Origin: Eledone cirrhosa
Taxonomy: Eukaryota
Assembly: GCA_964016885.1 (NCBI GenBank)
Contig: OZ024740.1
Coordinates: 279,248,001 to 279,312,000, forward strand
DNA: 64,000 bases
Direction of reading: 5' to 3'
Both the position numbers and the translations under genes were made by a program. This document shows positions 27,601 through 39,900 of the stretch, one piece after another; the stretch's first letter is position 1; each line of letters starts with the position of its first letter. The notes under the pieces were generated by a model, which saw nothing but the letters and a program-made list of their open reading frames with translations, was not told the origin of the DNA and searched no databases.

Positions 27601-30600
27601 TAATTTCCAGCGTCCAAGGGGAGATAATTTCCAGCCAGCGAAGGGGAGATAATTTTTTTTAAAAAATCATTGGGAGATTTGTAAAAAAAATCAGGGGGAG
27701 ATAATTTGTAAAAAAAATCAAGGGGAGATAATTTCCAGCCGTCCAAGGGGAGGTAATATCTAGCCGTCCAAGGGGAGATAATTTCCAGCCGTCCAAGGGG
27801 AGATAATTTCCAGCCGTCCAAGGGTAGATAATATCCAGCCGTCCAAGGACATATTTTCCAGCCGTCCAAGGAGAGGTAATTTCTAGCCGTCCAAGGGGAG
27901 ATAAATTCCAGCCTCCAAGGTGAGATAATTTCCAGCCAGCCAAGGGGAGATAATTTGTAAAAAAATCAGGGGGAGATAATTTGTAAAAAAAATCAGGGGG
28001 AGATAATTTGTAAAAAAAAATCAGGGGGAGATAATTTGTAAAAAAAAATCAGGGGGAGATAATTTGTAAAAAAAAATCAGGGGGAGATAATTTGTAAAAA
28101 AATCAAGGGGAGATAATTTCCAGCCGTCCAAGGGGAGATAATTTTCAGCCGTCCAAGGGGAGATAATTTCCCGCCAGCCAAGGGAAGATAATATTTGAAA
28201 AAATCAGGCGGAGATAATTTGTAAAAAAAATCAGGGGGAGATAATTTGTAAAAAAATCAGGGGGAGATAATTTGTAAAAAAAAAATCAGGGGGAGATAAT
28301 TTGTAAAAAGAATCAGGGGGAGATAATTTGTAAAAAAAAATCAGGGGTAGATAAATTGTAAAAAAAAATCAGGGGGAGATAATTTGTAAAAAAAATCAGG
28401 GGGAGATAATTTGTAAAAAAAATGAAAGGGGAGATAATATCCAGCCGTCCAAGGGGAGATAATTTCCAGCCGTCCAAGGGGAGATAATTTCCAGCCGTCC
28501 AAGGGGAGATAATTTCCATCCTTCCAAGGGGATATAATTTCCAGCCGTCCAAGGGGAGATAATTTCCCGCCAGCCAAGGGAAGATAATTTTAAAAAAAAT
28601 CAGGCGGAGATTGTAAAAAAAATCAGGGGGGAGATAATTTGTAAAAAAATCAGGGGGAGATAATTTGTAAAAAAAAATCAGGGGGAGATAATTTGTAAAA
28701 AATAATCAGGGGGAGATAATTTGTAAAAAAAAATCAAGGGGAGATAATTTCCAGCCGTCCAAGGGGAGATAATTTCCCGCCAGCCAAGGGAAGATAATAT
28801 TTAAAAAAATTAGGCGGAGATAATTTGTAAAAAAAATCAGGGGGAGATAATTTGTAAAAAAATCAGGGGGAGATAATTTGTAAAAAAAATCAGGGGGAGA
28901 TAATTTGTAAAAAAATTCATGGGGAGATAATTTGTAAAAAAAAATCAGGGGTAGATAATTTGTAAAAAAAAATCAGGGGGAGATAATTTGTAAAAAAAAA
29001 TCAGGGGGAGATAATTTGTAAAAAAAATCAAGGGGAGATAATTTCCAGCCGTCCAAGGGGAGATAATTTTCAGCCGTCCAAGGAGAGGTAATTTCTAGCC
29101 GTCCAAGGGGAGATAATTTCCAGCCGTCCAAGGGGAGGTAATTTCCAGCCGTCCAAGGGGAGATAATTTTAAAAAAAAAATCAGGCGGAGATAATTTGTA
29201 AAAAAAATCAAGGGGAGATAATTTGCAGCCGTCCAAGGGGAGATAATTTTCAGTCGTCCAAGGAGAGGTAATTTCTAGCCGTCCAAGGGGAGATAATTGC
29301 CAGCCGTCCAAGGGGAGATAATTTCCAGCCGTCCAAGGGGAGATAATTTTTTTTAAAAAATCAGGCGGAGATAATTTGTAAAAAAAATCAGGGGGAGATA
29401 ATTTGTAAACAAAATCAGGGGGAGATAATTTGTAAAAAAAAATCAGGGGGAGATAATTTGTAAAAAAAATCATGGAGAGATAATTTCCAGCCGTCCAAGG
29501 TGAGATAATTTCCAGCCGTCCAAGGAGACATATTTTCCAGCCGTCCAAGGCGAGGTAATTTCTAGCCGTCCAAGGGCAGATAAATTCCAGCCAGCCAAGT
29601 GGAGATAATTTGTAAAAAAATCAGGGGGAGATAATTTGTAAAAAATATCAGGGAGATAATTTGTAAAAAAAAATCAGGGGGAGATAATTTGTAAAAAAAA
29701 TCAGGGGGAGATAATTTGTAAAAAAAAATCAGGGGGAGATAATTTGTAAAAAAAATCAAGGGGAGATAATTTCCAGCCGTCCAAGGGGAGATAATTTTCA
29801 GCCGTCCAAGGGGAGATAATTTCCCGCCAGCCAAGGGAAGATAATATTTAAAAAAATCAGGCGGAGATAATTTGTAAAAAAAATCAGGGGGAGATAATTT
29901 GTAAAAAAATCAGGGGGAGATAATTTGTAAAAAAAAAATCAGGGGGAGATAATTTGTAAAAAAAATCAGGGGGAGATAATTTGTAAAAAAAATCAAGGGG
30001 AGATAATTTCCAGCCGTCCAAGGGGAGATAATTTTCAGCCGTCCAAGGGGAGATAATTTGTAAAAAAAATCAAGGGGAGATAATTTCCAGCCGTCCAAGG
30101 GGAGATAATTTCCCGCCAGCCAAGGGAAGATAATATTTAAAAAAATCAGGCGGAGATAATTTGTAAAAAAAATCAGGGGGAGATAATTTGTAAAAAAATC
30201 AGGGGGAGATAATTTGTAAAAAAAAAATCAGGGGGAGATAATTTGTAAAAAAAATCAGGGGGAGATAATTTGTAAAAAAAAATCAGGGGTAGATAAATTG
30301 TAAAAAAAAATCGGGGAGATAATTTGTAAAAAAAATCAGGGGGAGATAATTTGTAAAAAAAATGAAAGGGGAGATAATATCCAGCCGTCCAAGGGGAGAT
30401 AATTTCCAGCCGTCCAAGGGGAGATAATTTCCAGCCGTCCAAGGGGAGATAATTTCCATCCTTCCAAGGGGATATAATTTCCAGCCGTCCAAGGGGAGAT
30501 AATTTCCCGCCAGCCAAGGGAAGATAATTTTTAAAAAAATCAGGCGGAGATTGTAAAAAAAATCAGGGGGGAGATAATTTGTAAAAAAATCAGGGGGAGA

Positions 30601-30900
30601 TAATTTGTAAAAAAAAATCAGGGGGAGATAATTTGTAAAAAATAATCAGGGGGAGATAATTTGTAAAAAAAAATCAAGGGGAGATAATTTCCAGCCGTCC
30701 AAGGGGAGATAATTTCCCGCCAGCCAAGGGAAGATAATATTTAAAAAAATTAGGCGGAGATAATTTGTAAAAAAAATCAGGGGGAGATAATTTGTAAAAA
30801 AATCAGGGGGAGATAATTTGTAAAAAAAATCAGGGGGAGATAATTTGTAAAAAAAATCATGGGGAGATAATTTGTAAAAAAAAATCAGGGGTAGATAATT
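19900..30900. repeat. Duplications in satellite A with ~6.41-kb offset (~20-24.5 kb vs ~26.4-30.9 kb) and ~1.97-kb offset (~21.7-23.6 kb vs ~23.7-25.6 kb)
   Basis: GTAAAAAGAATC variant at ~21898 and ~28310, also at ~4302 (offset 17596). ORF pairs 20272/26683, 21901/28313 and 23522/29910 give ~6.4 kb. ORF pairs 21901/23867 and 23150/25116 give 1966 bp. Boundaries are approximate. Confidence 0.8.
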
Positions 30901-33900
30901 TGTAAAAAAAAATCAGGGGGAGATAATTTGTAAAAAAAAATCAGGGGGAGATAATTTGTAAAAAAATGAAAGGGGAGATAATATCCAGCCGTCCAAGGGG
31001 AGATAATTTCCAGCCGTCCAAGGGGATATAATTTCCAGCCGTCCAAGGGGAGATAATTTCCATCCTTCCAAGGGGATATAATTTCCAGCCGTCCAAGGGG
31101 AGATAATTTCCCGCCAGCCAAGGGAAGATAATTTTTTGAAAAATCAGGCGGAGATTGTAAAAAAAATCAGGGGGGAGATAATTTGTAAAAAAATCAGGGG
31201 GAGATAATTTGTAAAAAAAAATCAGGGGTAGATAATTTGTAAAAAAAAATCAGGGGGAGGTAATTTGTAAAAAAAAATCAGGGGGAGATAATTTGTAAAA
31301 AAAATGAAAGGGGAGATAATATCCAGCCGTCCAAGGGGAGATAATTTCCAGCCGTCCAAGGGGAGATAATTTCCAGCCGTCCAAGGGGAGATAATTTCCA
31401 TCCTTCCAAGGGGATATAATTTCCAGCCGCCCAAGGGGAGATAATTTCCATCCTTCCAAGTGGATATAATTTCCAGCCGTCCAAGGGGAGATAATTTTCA
31501 GCCGTCCAAGGAGAGGTAATTTCTAGCCGTCCAAGGAGAGATAATTTCCAGCCGTCCAAGGGGAGATAATTTCCAGCCGTCCAAGGGGAGATAATTTCCA
31601 GCCGTCCAAGGAGACATATTTTCCAGCCGTCCAAGGAGAGGTAATTCCTAGCCGTCCAAGGGGAGATAAATTCCAGCCTCCAAGGGGAGATAATTTCCAG
31701 CCAGCCAAGGGGAGATAATTTGTAAAAAAAATCAGGGGGAGATAATTTGTAAACAAAATCAGGGGGAGATAATTTGTAAAAAAAAATCAGGGGGAGATAA
31801 TTTGTAAAAAAAATCAAGGACAGATAATTTCCAGCCGTCCAAGGGAAGATAATTTCCAGCCCTCCAAGGGGCTATAATTTCCAGTGTCCAAGGGGAGATA
31901 ATTTCCAGCCAGCGAAGGGGAGATAATTTGTAAAAAAAAATCATGGGTAGATAATTTGTAAAAAAAAATCAGGGGGAGATAATTTGTAAAAAAAATCAAG
32001 GGGAGATAATTTCCAGCCGTCCAAGGGAAGATAATTTCCAGCCCTCCAAGGGGCTATAATTTCCAGCGTCCAAGGGGAGATAATTTCCAGCCAGCTAAGG
32101 GGAGATAATTTTTTTTAAAAAATCATTGGGAGATTTGTAAAAAAAATCAGGGGGAGATAATTTGTAAAAAAAATCAAGGGGAGATAATTTCCAGCCGTCC
32201 AAGGGGAGGTAATATCTAGCCGTCCAAGGGGAGATAATTTCCAGCCGTCCAAGGGGAGATAATTTCCAGCCGTCCAAGGGTAGATAATATCCAGCCGTCC
32301 AAGGACATATTTTCCAGCCGTCCAAGGAGAGGTAATTTCTAGCCGTCCAAGGGGAGATAAATTCCAGCCTCCAAGGGGAGATAATTTCCAGCCAGCCAAG
32401 GGGAGATAATTTGTAAAAAAATCAGGGGGAGATAATTTGTAAAAAAAGTCAGGGGGAGATAATTTGTAAAAAAAAATCAGGGGGAGATAATTTGTAAAAA
32501 AAAATCAGGGGGTGATAATTTGTAAAAAAAAATCAGGGGGAGATAATTTGTAAAAAAAATCAAGGGGAGATAATTTCCAGCCGTCCAAGGGGAGATAATT
32601 TTCAGCCATCCAAGGGGAGATAATTTCCCGCCAGCCAAGGGAAGATAATATTTAAAAAAATCAGGCGGAGATAATTTGTAAAAAAAATCAGGGGGAGATA
32701 ATTTGTAAAAAAATCAGGGGGAGATAATTTGTAAAAAAAAAATCAGGGGGAGATAATTTGTAAAAAAAATCAGGGGGAGATAATTTGTAAAAAAAAATCA
32801 GGGGTAGATAATTTGTAAAAAAAAATCAGGGGGAGATAATTTGTAAAAAAAATCAGGGGGAGATAATTTGTAAAAAAAATGAAAGGGGAGATAATATCCA
32901 GCCGTCCAAGGGGAGATAATTTCCAGCCGTCCAAGGGGAGATAATTTCCAGCCGTCCAAGGGGAGATAATTTCCATCCTTCCAAGGGGATATAATTTCCA
33001 GCCGTCCAAGGGGAGATAATTTCCCGCCAGCCAAGGGAAGATAATTTTTTGAAAAATCAGGCGGAGATTGTAAAAAAAATCAGGGGGGAGATAATTTGTA
33101 AAAAAATCAGGGGGAGATAATTTGTAAAAAAAAATCAGGGGGAGATAATTTGTAAAAAATAATCAGGGGGAGATAATTTGTAAAAAAAAATCAAGGGGAG
33201 ATAATTTCCAGCCGTCCAAGGGGAGATAATTTCCCGCCAGCCAAGGGAAGATAATATTTAAAAAAATTAGGCGGAGATAATTTGTAAAGAAAATCAGGGG
33301 GAGATAATTTGTAAAAAAATCAGGGGGAGATAATTTGTAAAAAAAAAATCAGGGGGAGATAATTTGTAAAAAAAATCAGGGGGAGATAATTTGTAAAAAA
33401 AAATCAGGGGTAGATAATTTGTAAAAAAAAATCAGGGGGAGATAATTTGTAAAAAAAAATCAGGGGGAGATAATTTGTAAAAAAAATGAAAGGGGAGATA
33501 ATATCCAGACGTCCAAGGGGAGATAATTTCCAGCCGTCCAAGGGGAGATAATTTCCAGCCGTCCAAGGGGAGATAATTTCCATCCTTCCAAGGGGATATA
33601 ATTTCCAGCCGTCCAAGGGGAGATAATTTCCCGCCAGCCAAGGGAAGATAATTTTTAAAAAAATCAGGCGGAGATTGTAAAAAAAATCAGGGGGGAGATA
33701 ATTTGTAAAAAAATCAGGGGGAGATAATTTGTAAAAAATAATCAGGGGGAGATAATTTGTAAAAAAATTCAAGGGGAGATAATTTCCAGCCGTCCAAGGG
33801 GAGATAATTTCCCGCCAGCCAAGGGAAGATAATATTTAAAAAAATTAGGCGGAGATAATTTGTAAAAAAAATCAGGGGGAGATAATTTGTAAAAAAATCA

Positions 33901-36900
33901 GGGGGAGATAATTTGTAAAAAAAATCAGGGGGAGATAATTTGTAAAAAAAATCATGGGGAGATAATTTGTAAAAAAAAATCAGGGGTAGATAATTTGTAA
34001 AAAAAAATCAGGGGGAGATAATTTGTAAAAAAAAATCAGGGGGAGATAATTTGTAAAAAAAATCAAGGGGAGATAATATCCAGCCCTCCAAGGAGAGATA
34101 ATTTTTTAAAAAAATGAGGGGGAGATAATTTGTAAAAAAAATCAAGGGGAGATAATTTCCAGCCGTCCAAGGGGAGATAATTTTCAGCCGTCCAAGGAGA
34201 GGTAATTTCTAGCCGTCCAAGGGGAGATAATTTCCAGCCGTCCAAGGGGAGGTAATTTCCAGCCGTCCAAGGGGAGATAATTTTAAAAAAAAAATCAGGC
34301 AGAGATAATTTGTAAAAAAAATCAAGGGGAGATAATTTGCAGCCGTCCAAGGGGAGATAATTTTCAGTCGTCCAAGGAGAGGTAATTTCTAGCCGTCCAA
34401 GGGGAGATAATTTCCAGCCGTCCAAGGGGAGATAATTTCCAGCCGTCCAAATGGAGATAATTTTTTTTAAAAAATCAGGCGGAGATAATTTGTAAAAAAA
34501 AATCAGGGGGAGATAATTTGTAAAAAAAATTAGGCGTAGATAATTTGTAAAAAAAAATCAGGGGGAGATAATTTGTAAAAAAAAATCAGGGGGAGATAAT
34601 TTGTAAAAAAAATCAGGGGGAGATAATTTGTAAACAAAATCAGGGGGAGATAATTTGTAAAAAAAAATCAGGGGGAGATAATTTGTAAAAAAAATTAGGC
34701 GTAGATAATTTGTAAAAAAAAATCAGGGGGAGATAATTTGTAAAAAAAAATCAGGGGGAGATAATTTGTTTAAAAAATCAAGGGGAGATAATTTGCAGCC
34801 GTCCAAGGGGAGATAATTTTCAGCCGTCCAAGGAGAGGTAATTTCTAGCCGTTCAAGGGGAGATAATTTCCAGCCGTCCAAGGGGAGATAATTTCCAGCC
34901 GTCCAAGGGGAGATAATTTTTTTTAAAAAATCAGGCGGAGATAATTTGTAAAAAAAAATCAGGGGGAGATAATTTGTAAAAAAAAATCAGGGGGAGATAA
35001 TTTGTAAAAAAAATCAAGGGGAGATAATTTCCAGCCGTCCAAGGGGAGGTAATATCTAGCCGTCCAAGGGGAGATAATTTCCAGCCGTCCAAGGGGAGAT
35101 AATTTCCAGCCGTCCAAGGGGAGATAATTTCCAGCCGTCCAAGGAGACATATTTTCCAGCCGTCCAAGGCGAGGTAATTTCTAGCCGTCCAAGGGGAGAT
35201 AAATTCCAGCCTCCAAGGGGAGATAATTTCCAGCCAGCCAAGGGGAGATAATTTGTAAAAAAATCAGGGGGAGATAATTTGTAAAAAATATCAGGGAGAT
35301 AATTTGTAAAAAAAAATCAGGGGGAGATAATTTGTAAAAAAAATCAGGGGGAGATAATTTGTAAAAAAAAATCAGGGGGAGATAATTTGTAAAAAAAATC
35401 AAGGGGAGATAATTTCCAGCCGTCCAAGGGGAGATAATTTTCAGCCGTCCAAGGAGAGGTAATTTCTAGCCGTCCGAGGAGAGATAATTTCCAGCCGTCC
35501 AAGGGGAGATAATTTCCAGCCGTCCAAGGGGAGATAATTTCCAGCCGTCCAAGGAGACATATTTTCCAGCCGTCCAAGGAGAGGTAATTTCTAGCCGTCC
35601 AAGGGGAGATAAATTCCAGCCTCCAAGGGGAGATAATTTCCAGCCAGCCAAGGGGAGATAATTTGTAAAAAATCAGGGGGAGATAATTTGCAAAAAAAAT
35701 CAGGGGGAGATAATTTGTAAAAAAAAATCAGGGGGAGATAATTTGTAAAAAATAATCAGGGGGAGATAATTTCCAGCCGTCCAAGGTGAGATAATTTTCA
35801 GCCGTCCAAGGGGAGATAATTTCCCGCCAGCCAAGGGAAGATAATATTTAAAAAAATTAGGCGGAGATAATTTGTAAAAAAAATCAGGGGGAGATAATTT
35901 GTAAAAAAAAATCAGGGGTAGATAATTTGTAAAAAAAAATCAGGGGGAGATAATTTGTAAAAAAAAATCAGGGGGAGATAATTTGCAAAAAAAATCAAGG
36001 GGAGATAATTTCCAGCCGTCCAAGGAGAGATAATTTAAAAAAAAAATCAGGCGGAGATAATTTGTAAAAAAAAATCAGGGGGAGATAATTTGTAAAAAAA
36101 AATCAGGGGGAGATAATTTGTAAAAAAAATCAAGGGGAGATAATTTCCAGCCGTCCAAGGGGAGATAATTTTCAGCCGTCCAAGGGGAGATAATTTCCCG
36201 CCAGCCAAGGGAAGATAATATTTAAAAAAATCAGGCGGAGATAATTTGTAAAAAAAATCAGGGGGAGATAATTTGTAAAAAAAAAATCAGGGGGAGATAA
36301 TTTGTAAAAAAAATCAGGGGTAGATAATTTGTAAAAAAAAATCAGGGGGAGATAATTTGTAAAAAAAAATCAGGGGGAGATAATTTGTAAAAAAAATGAA
36401 AGGGGAGATAATATCCAGCCGTCCAAGGGGAGATAATTTCCAGCCGTCCAAGGGGAGATAATTTCCAGCCGTCCAAGGGGAGATAATTTCCATCCTTCCA
36501 AGGGCATATAATTTCCAGCCGTCCAAGGGGAGATAATTTCCATCCTTCCAAGGGGATATAATTTCCAGCCGTCCAAGGGGAGATAATTTTCAGCCGTCCA
36601 AGGAGAGGTAATTTCTAGCCGTCCAAGGAGAGATAATTTCCAGCCGTCCAAGGGGAGATAATTTCCAGCCGTCCAAGGGGAGATAATTTCCAGCCGTCCA
36701 AGGAGACATATTTTCCAGCCGTCCAAGGAGAGGTAATTCCTAGCCGTCCAAGGGGAGATAAATTCCAGCCTCCAAGGGGAGATAATTTCCAGCCAGCCAA
36801 GGGGAGATAATTTGTAAAAAAAATCAGGGGGAGATAATTTGTAAAAAAAATCAGGGGGAGATAATTTGTAAAAAAAAATCAGGGGGAGAAAATTTGTAAA

Positions 36901-39900
36901 AAAAATCAAGGGGAGATAATTTCCAGCCGTCCAAGGGGAGATAATTTTCAGCCGTCCAAGGGGAGATAATTTCCCGCCAGCCAAGGGAAGATAATATTTA
37001 AAAAAATTAGGCGGAGATAATTTGTAAAAAAAATCAGGGGGAGATAATTTGTAAAAAAATCAGGGGGAGATAATTTGTAAAAAAAATCAGGGGGAGATAA
37101 TTTGTAAAAAAAATCAGGGGGAGATAATTTGTAAAAAAAAACATGGGTAGATAATTTGTAAAAAAAAATCAGGGGGAGATAATTTGTTAAAAAAATCAAG
37201 GGGAGATAATTTCCAGCCGTCTAAGGGAAGATAATTTCCAGCCCTCCAAGGGGCTATAATTTCCAGCGTCCAAGGGGAGATAATTTCCAGCCAGCGAAGG
37301 GGAGATAATTTTTTTTAAAAAATCATTGGGAGATTTGTAAAAAAAATCAGGGGGAGATAATTTGTAAAAAAAATCAAGGGGAGATAATTTCCAGCCGTCC
37401 AAGGGGAGGTAATATCTAGCCGTCCAAGGGGAGATAATTTCCAGCCGTCCAAGGGGAGATAATTTCCAGCCGTCCAAGGGTAGATAATATCCAGCCGTCC
37501 AAGGACATATTTTCCAGCCGTCCAAGGAGAGGTAATTTCTAGCCGTCCAAGGGGAGATAAATTCCAGCCTCCAAGGGGAGATAATTTCCAGCCAGCCAAG
37601 GGGAGATAATTTGTAAAAAAATCAGGGGGAGATAATTTGTAAAAAAAAATCAGGGGGAGATAATTTGTAAAAAAAAATCAGGGGGAGATAATTTGTAAAA
37701 AAAATCAGGGGGAGATAATTTGTAAAAAAAAATCAGGGGGAGATAATTTGTAAAAAAAATCAAGGGGAGATAATTTCCAGCCGTCCAAGGGGAGATAATT
37801 TTCAGCCATCCAAGGGGAGATAATTTGCCGCCAGCCAAGGGAAGATAATATTTAAAAAAATCAGGCGGAGATAATTTGTAAAAAAAATCAGGGGGAGATA
37901 ATTTGTAAAAAAATCAGGGGGAGATAATTTGTAAAAAAAAAATCAGGGGGAGATAATTTGTAAAAAAAATCAGGGGGAGATAATTTGTAAAAAAAAATCA
38001 GGGGTAGATAATTTGTAAAAAAAAATCAGGGGGAGATAATTTGTAAAAAAAATCAGGGGGAGATAATTTGTAAAAAAAATGAAAGGGGAGATAATATCCA
38101 GCCGTCCAAGGGGAGATAATTTTCAGCCGTCCAAGGGGAGATAATTTCCCGCCAGCCAAGGGAAGATAATATTTAAAAAAATCAGGCGGAGATAATTTGT
38201 AAAAAAAATCAGGGGGAGATAATTTGTAAAAAAATCAGGGGGAGATAATTTGTAAAAAAAATCAGGGGGAGATAATTTGTAAAAAAAAATCAGGGGTAGA
38301 TAAATTGTAAAAAAAAATCAGGGGGAGATAATTTGTAACAAAAATCAGAGGGATATAATTTGTAAAAAAAATGAAAGGGGAGATAATATCCAGCCGTCCA
38401 AGGGGAGATAATTTCAAGCCGTCCAAGGGGAGATAATTTCCAGCCGTCCAAGGGGAGATAATTTCCATCCTTCCAAGGGGATATAATTTCCAGCCGTCCA
38501 AGGGGAGATAATTTCCCGCCAGCCAAGGGAAGATAATTTTTAAAAAAATCAGGCGGAGATTGTAAAAAAAATCAGGGGGGAGATAATTTGTAAAAAAAAT
38601 CAGGGGGAGATAATTTGTAAAAAAAATCAGGGGGAGATAATTTGTAAAAAATAATCAGGGGGAGATAATTTGTAAAAAAAAATCAAGGGGAGATAATTTC
38701 CAGCCGTCCAAGGGGAGATAATTTCCCGCCGGCCAAGGGAAGATAATATTTAAAAAAATTAGGCGGAGATAATTTGTAAAAAAAAATCAGGGGGAGATAA
38801 TTTGTAAAAAAATCAGGGGGAGATAATTTGTAAAAAAAATCAGGGGGAGATAATTTGTAAAAAAAATCATGGGGAGATAATTTGTAAAAAAAAATCAGGG
38901 GTAGATAATTTGTAAAAAAAAATCAGGGGGAGATAATTTGTAAAAAAAAATCAGGGGGAGATAATTTGTAAAAAAAATCAAGGGGAGATAATTTCCAGCC
39001 GTCCAAGGGGAGATAATTTTCAGCCGTCCAAGGAGAGGTAATTTCTAGCCTTCCAAGGGGAGATAATTTCCAGCCGTCCAAGGGGAGGTAATTTCCAGCC
39101 GTCCAAGGGGAGATAATTTAAAAAAAAAAATCAGGCGGAGATAATTTGTAAAAAAAATCAAGGGGAGATAATTTGCAGCCGTCCAAGGGGAGATCATTTT
39201 CAGTCGTCCAAGGAGAGGTAATTTCTAGCCGTCCAAGGGGAGATAATTTCCAGCAGTCCAAGGGGAGATCATTTCCAGCCGTCCAAGGGGAGATAATTTT
39301 TTTAAAAAAATCAGGCGGAGATAATTTGTAAAAAAAATCAGGGGGAGATAATTTGTAAACAAAATCAGGGGGAGATAATTTGTAAAAAAAAATCAGGGGG
39401 AGATAATTTGTAAAAAAAATCATGTAGAGATAATTTCCAGCCGTCCAAGGGGAGATAATTTCCAGCCGTCCAAGGAGACATATTTTCCAGCCGTCCAAGG
39501 CGAGGTAATTTCTAGCCGTCCAAGGGGAGATAAATTCCAGCCTCCAAGGGGAGATAATTTCCAGCCAGCCAAGTGGAGATAATTTGTAAAAAAATCAGGG
39601 GGAGATAATTTGTAAGAAATATCAGGGAGATAATTTGTAAAAAAAAATCAGGGGGAGATAATTTGTAAAAAAAATCAGGGGGAGATAATTTGTAAAAAAA
39701 AATCAGGGGGAGATAATTTGTAAAAAAAATCAAGGGGAGATAATTTCCAGCCGTCCAAGGGGAGATAATTTTCAGCCGTCCAAGGGGAGATAATTTCCCG
39801 CCAGCCAAGGGAAGATAATATTTAAAAAAATCAGGCGGAGATAATTTGTAAAAAAAATCAGGGGGAGATAATTTGTAAAAAAATCAGGGGGAGATAATTT

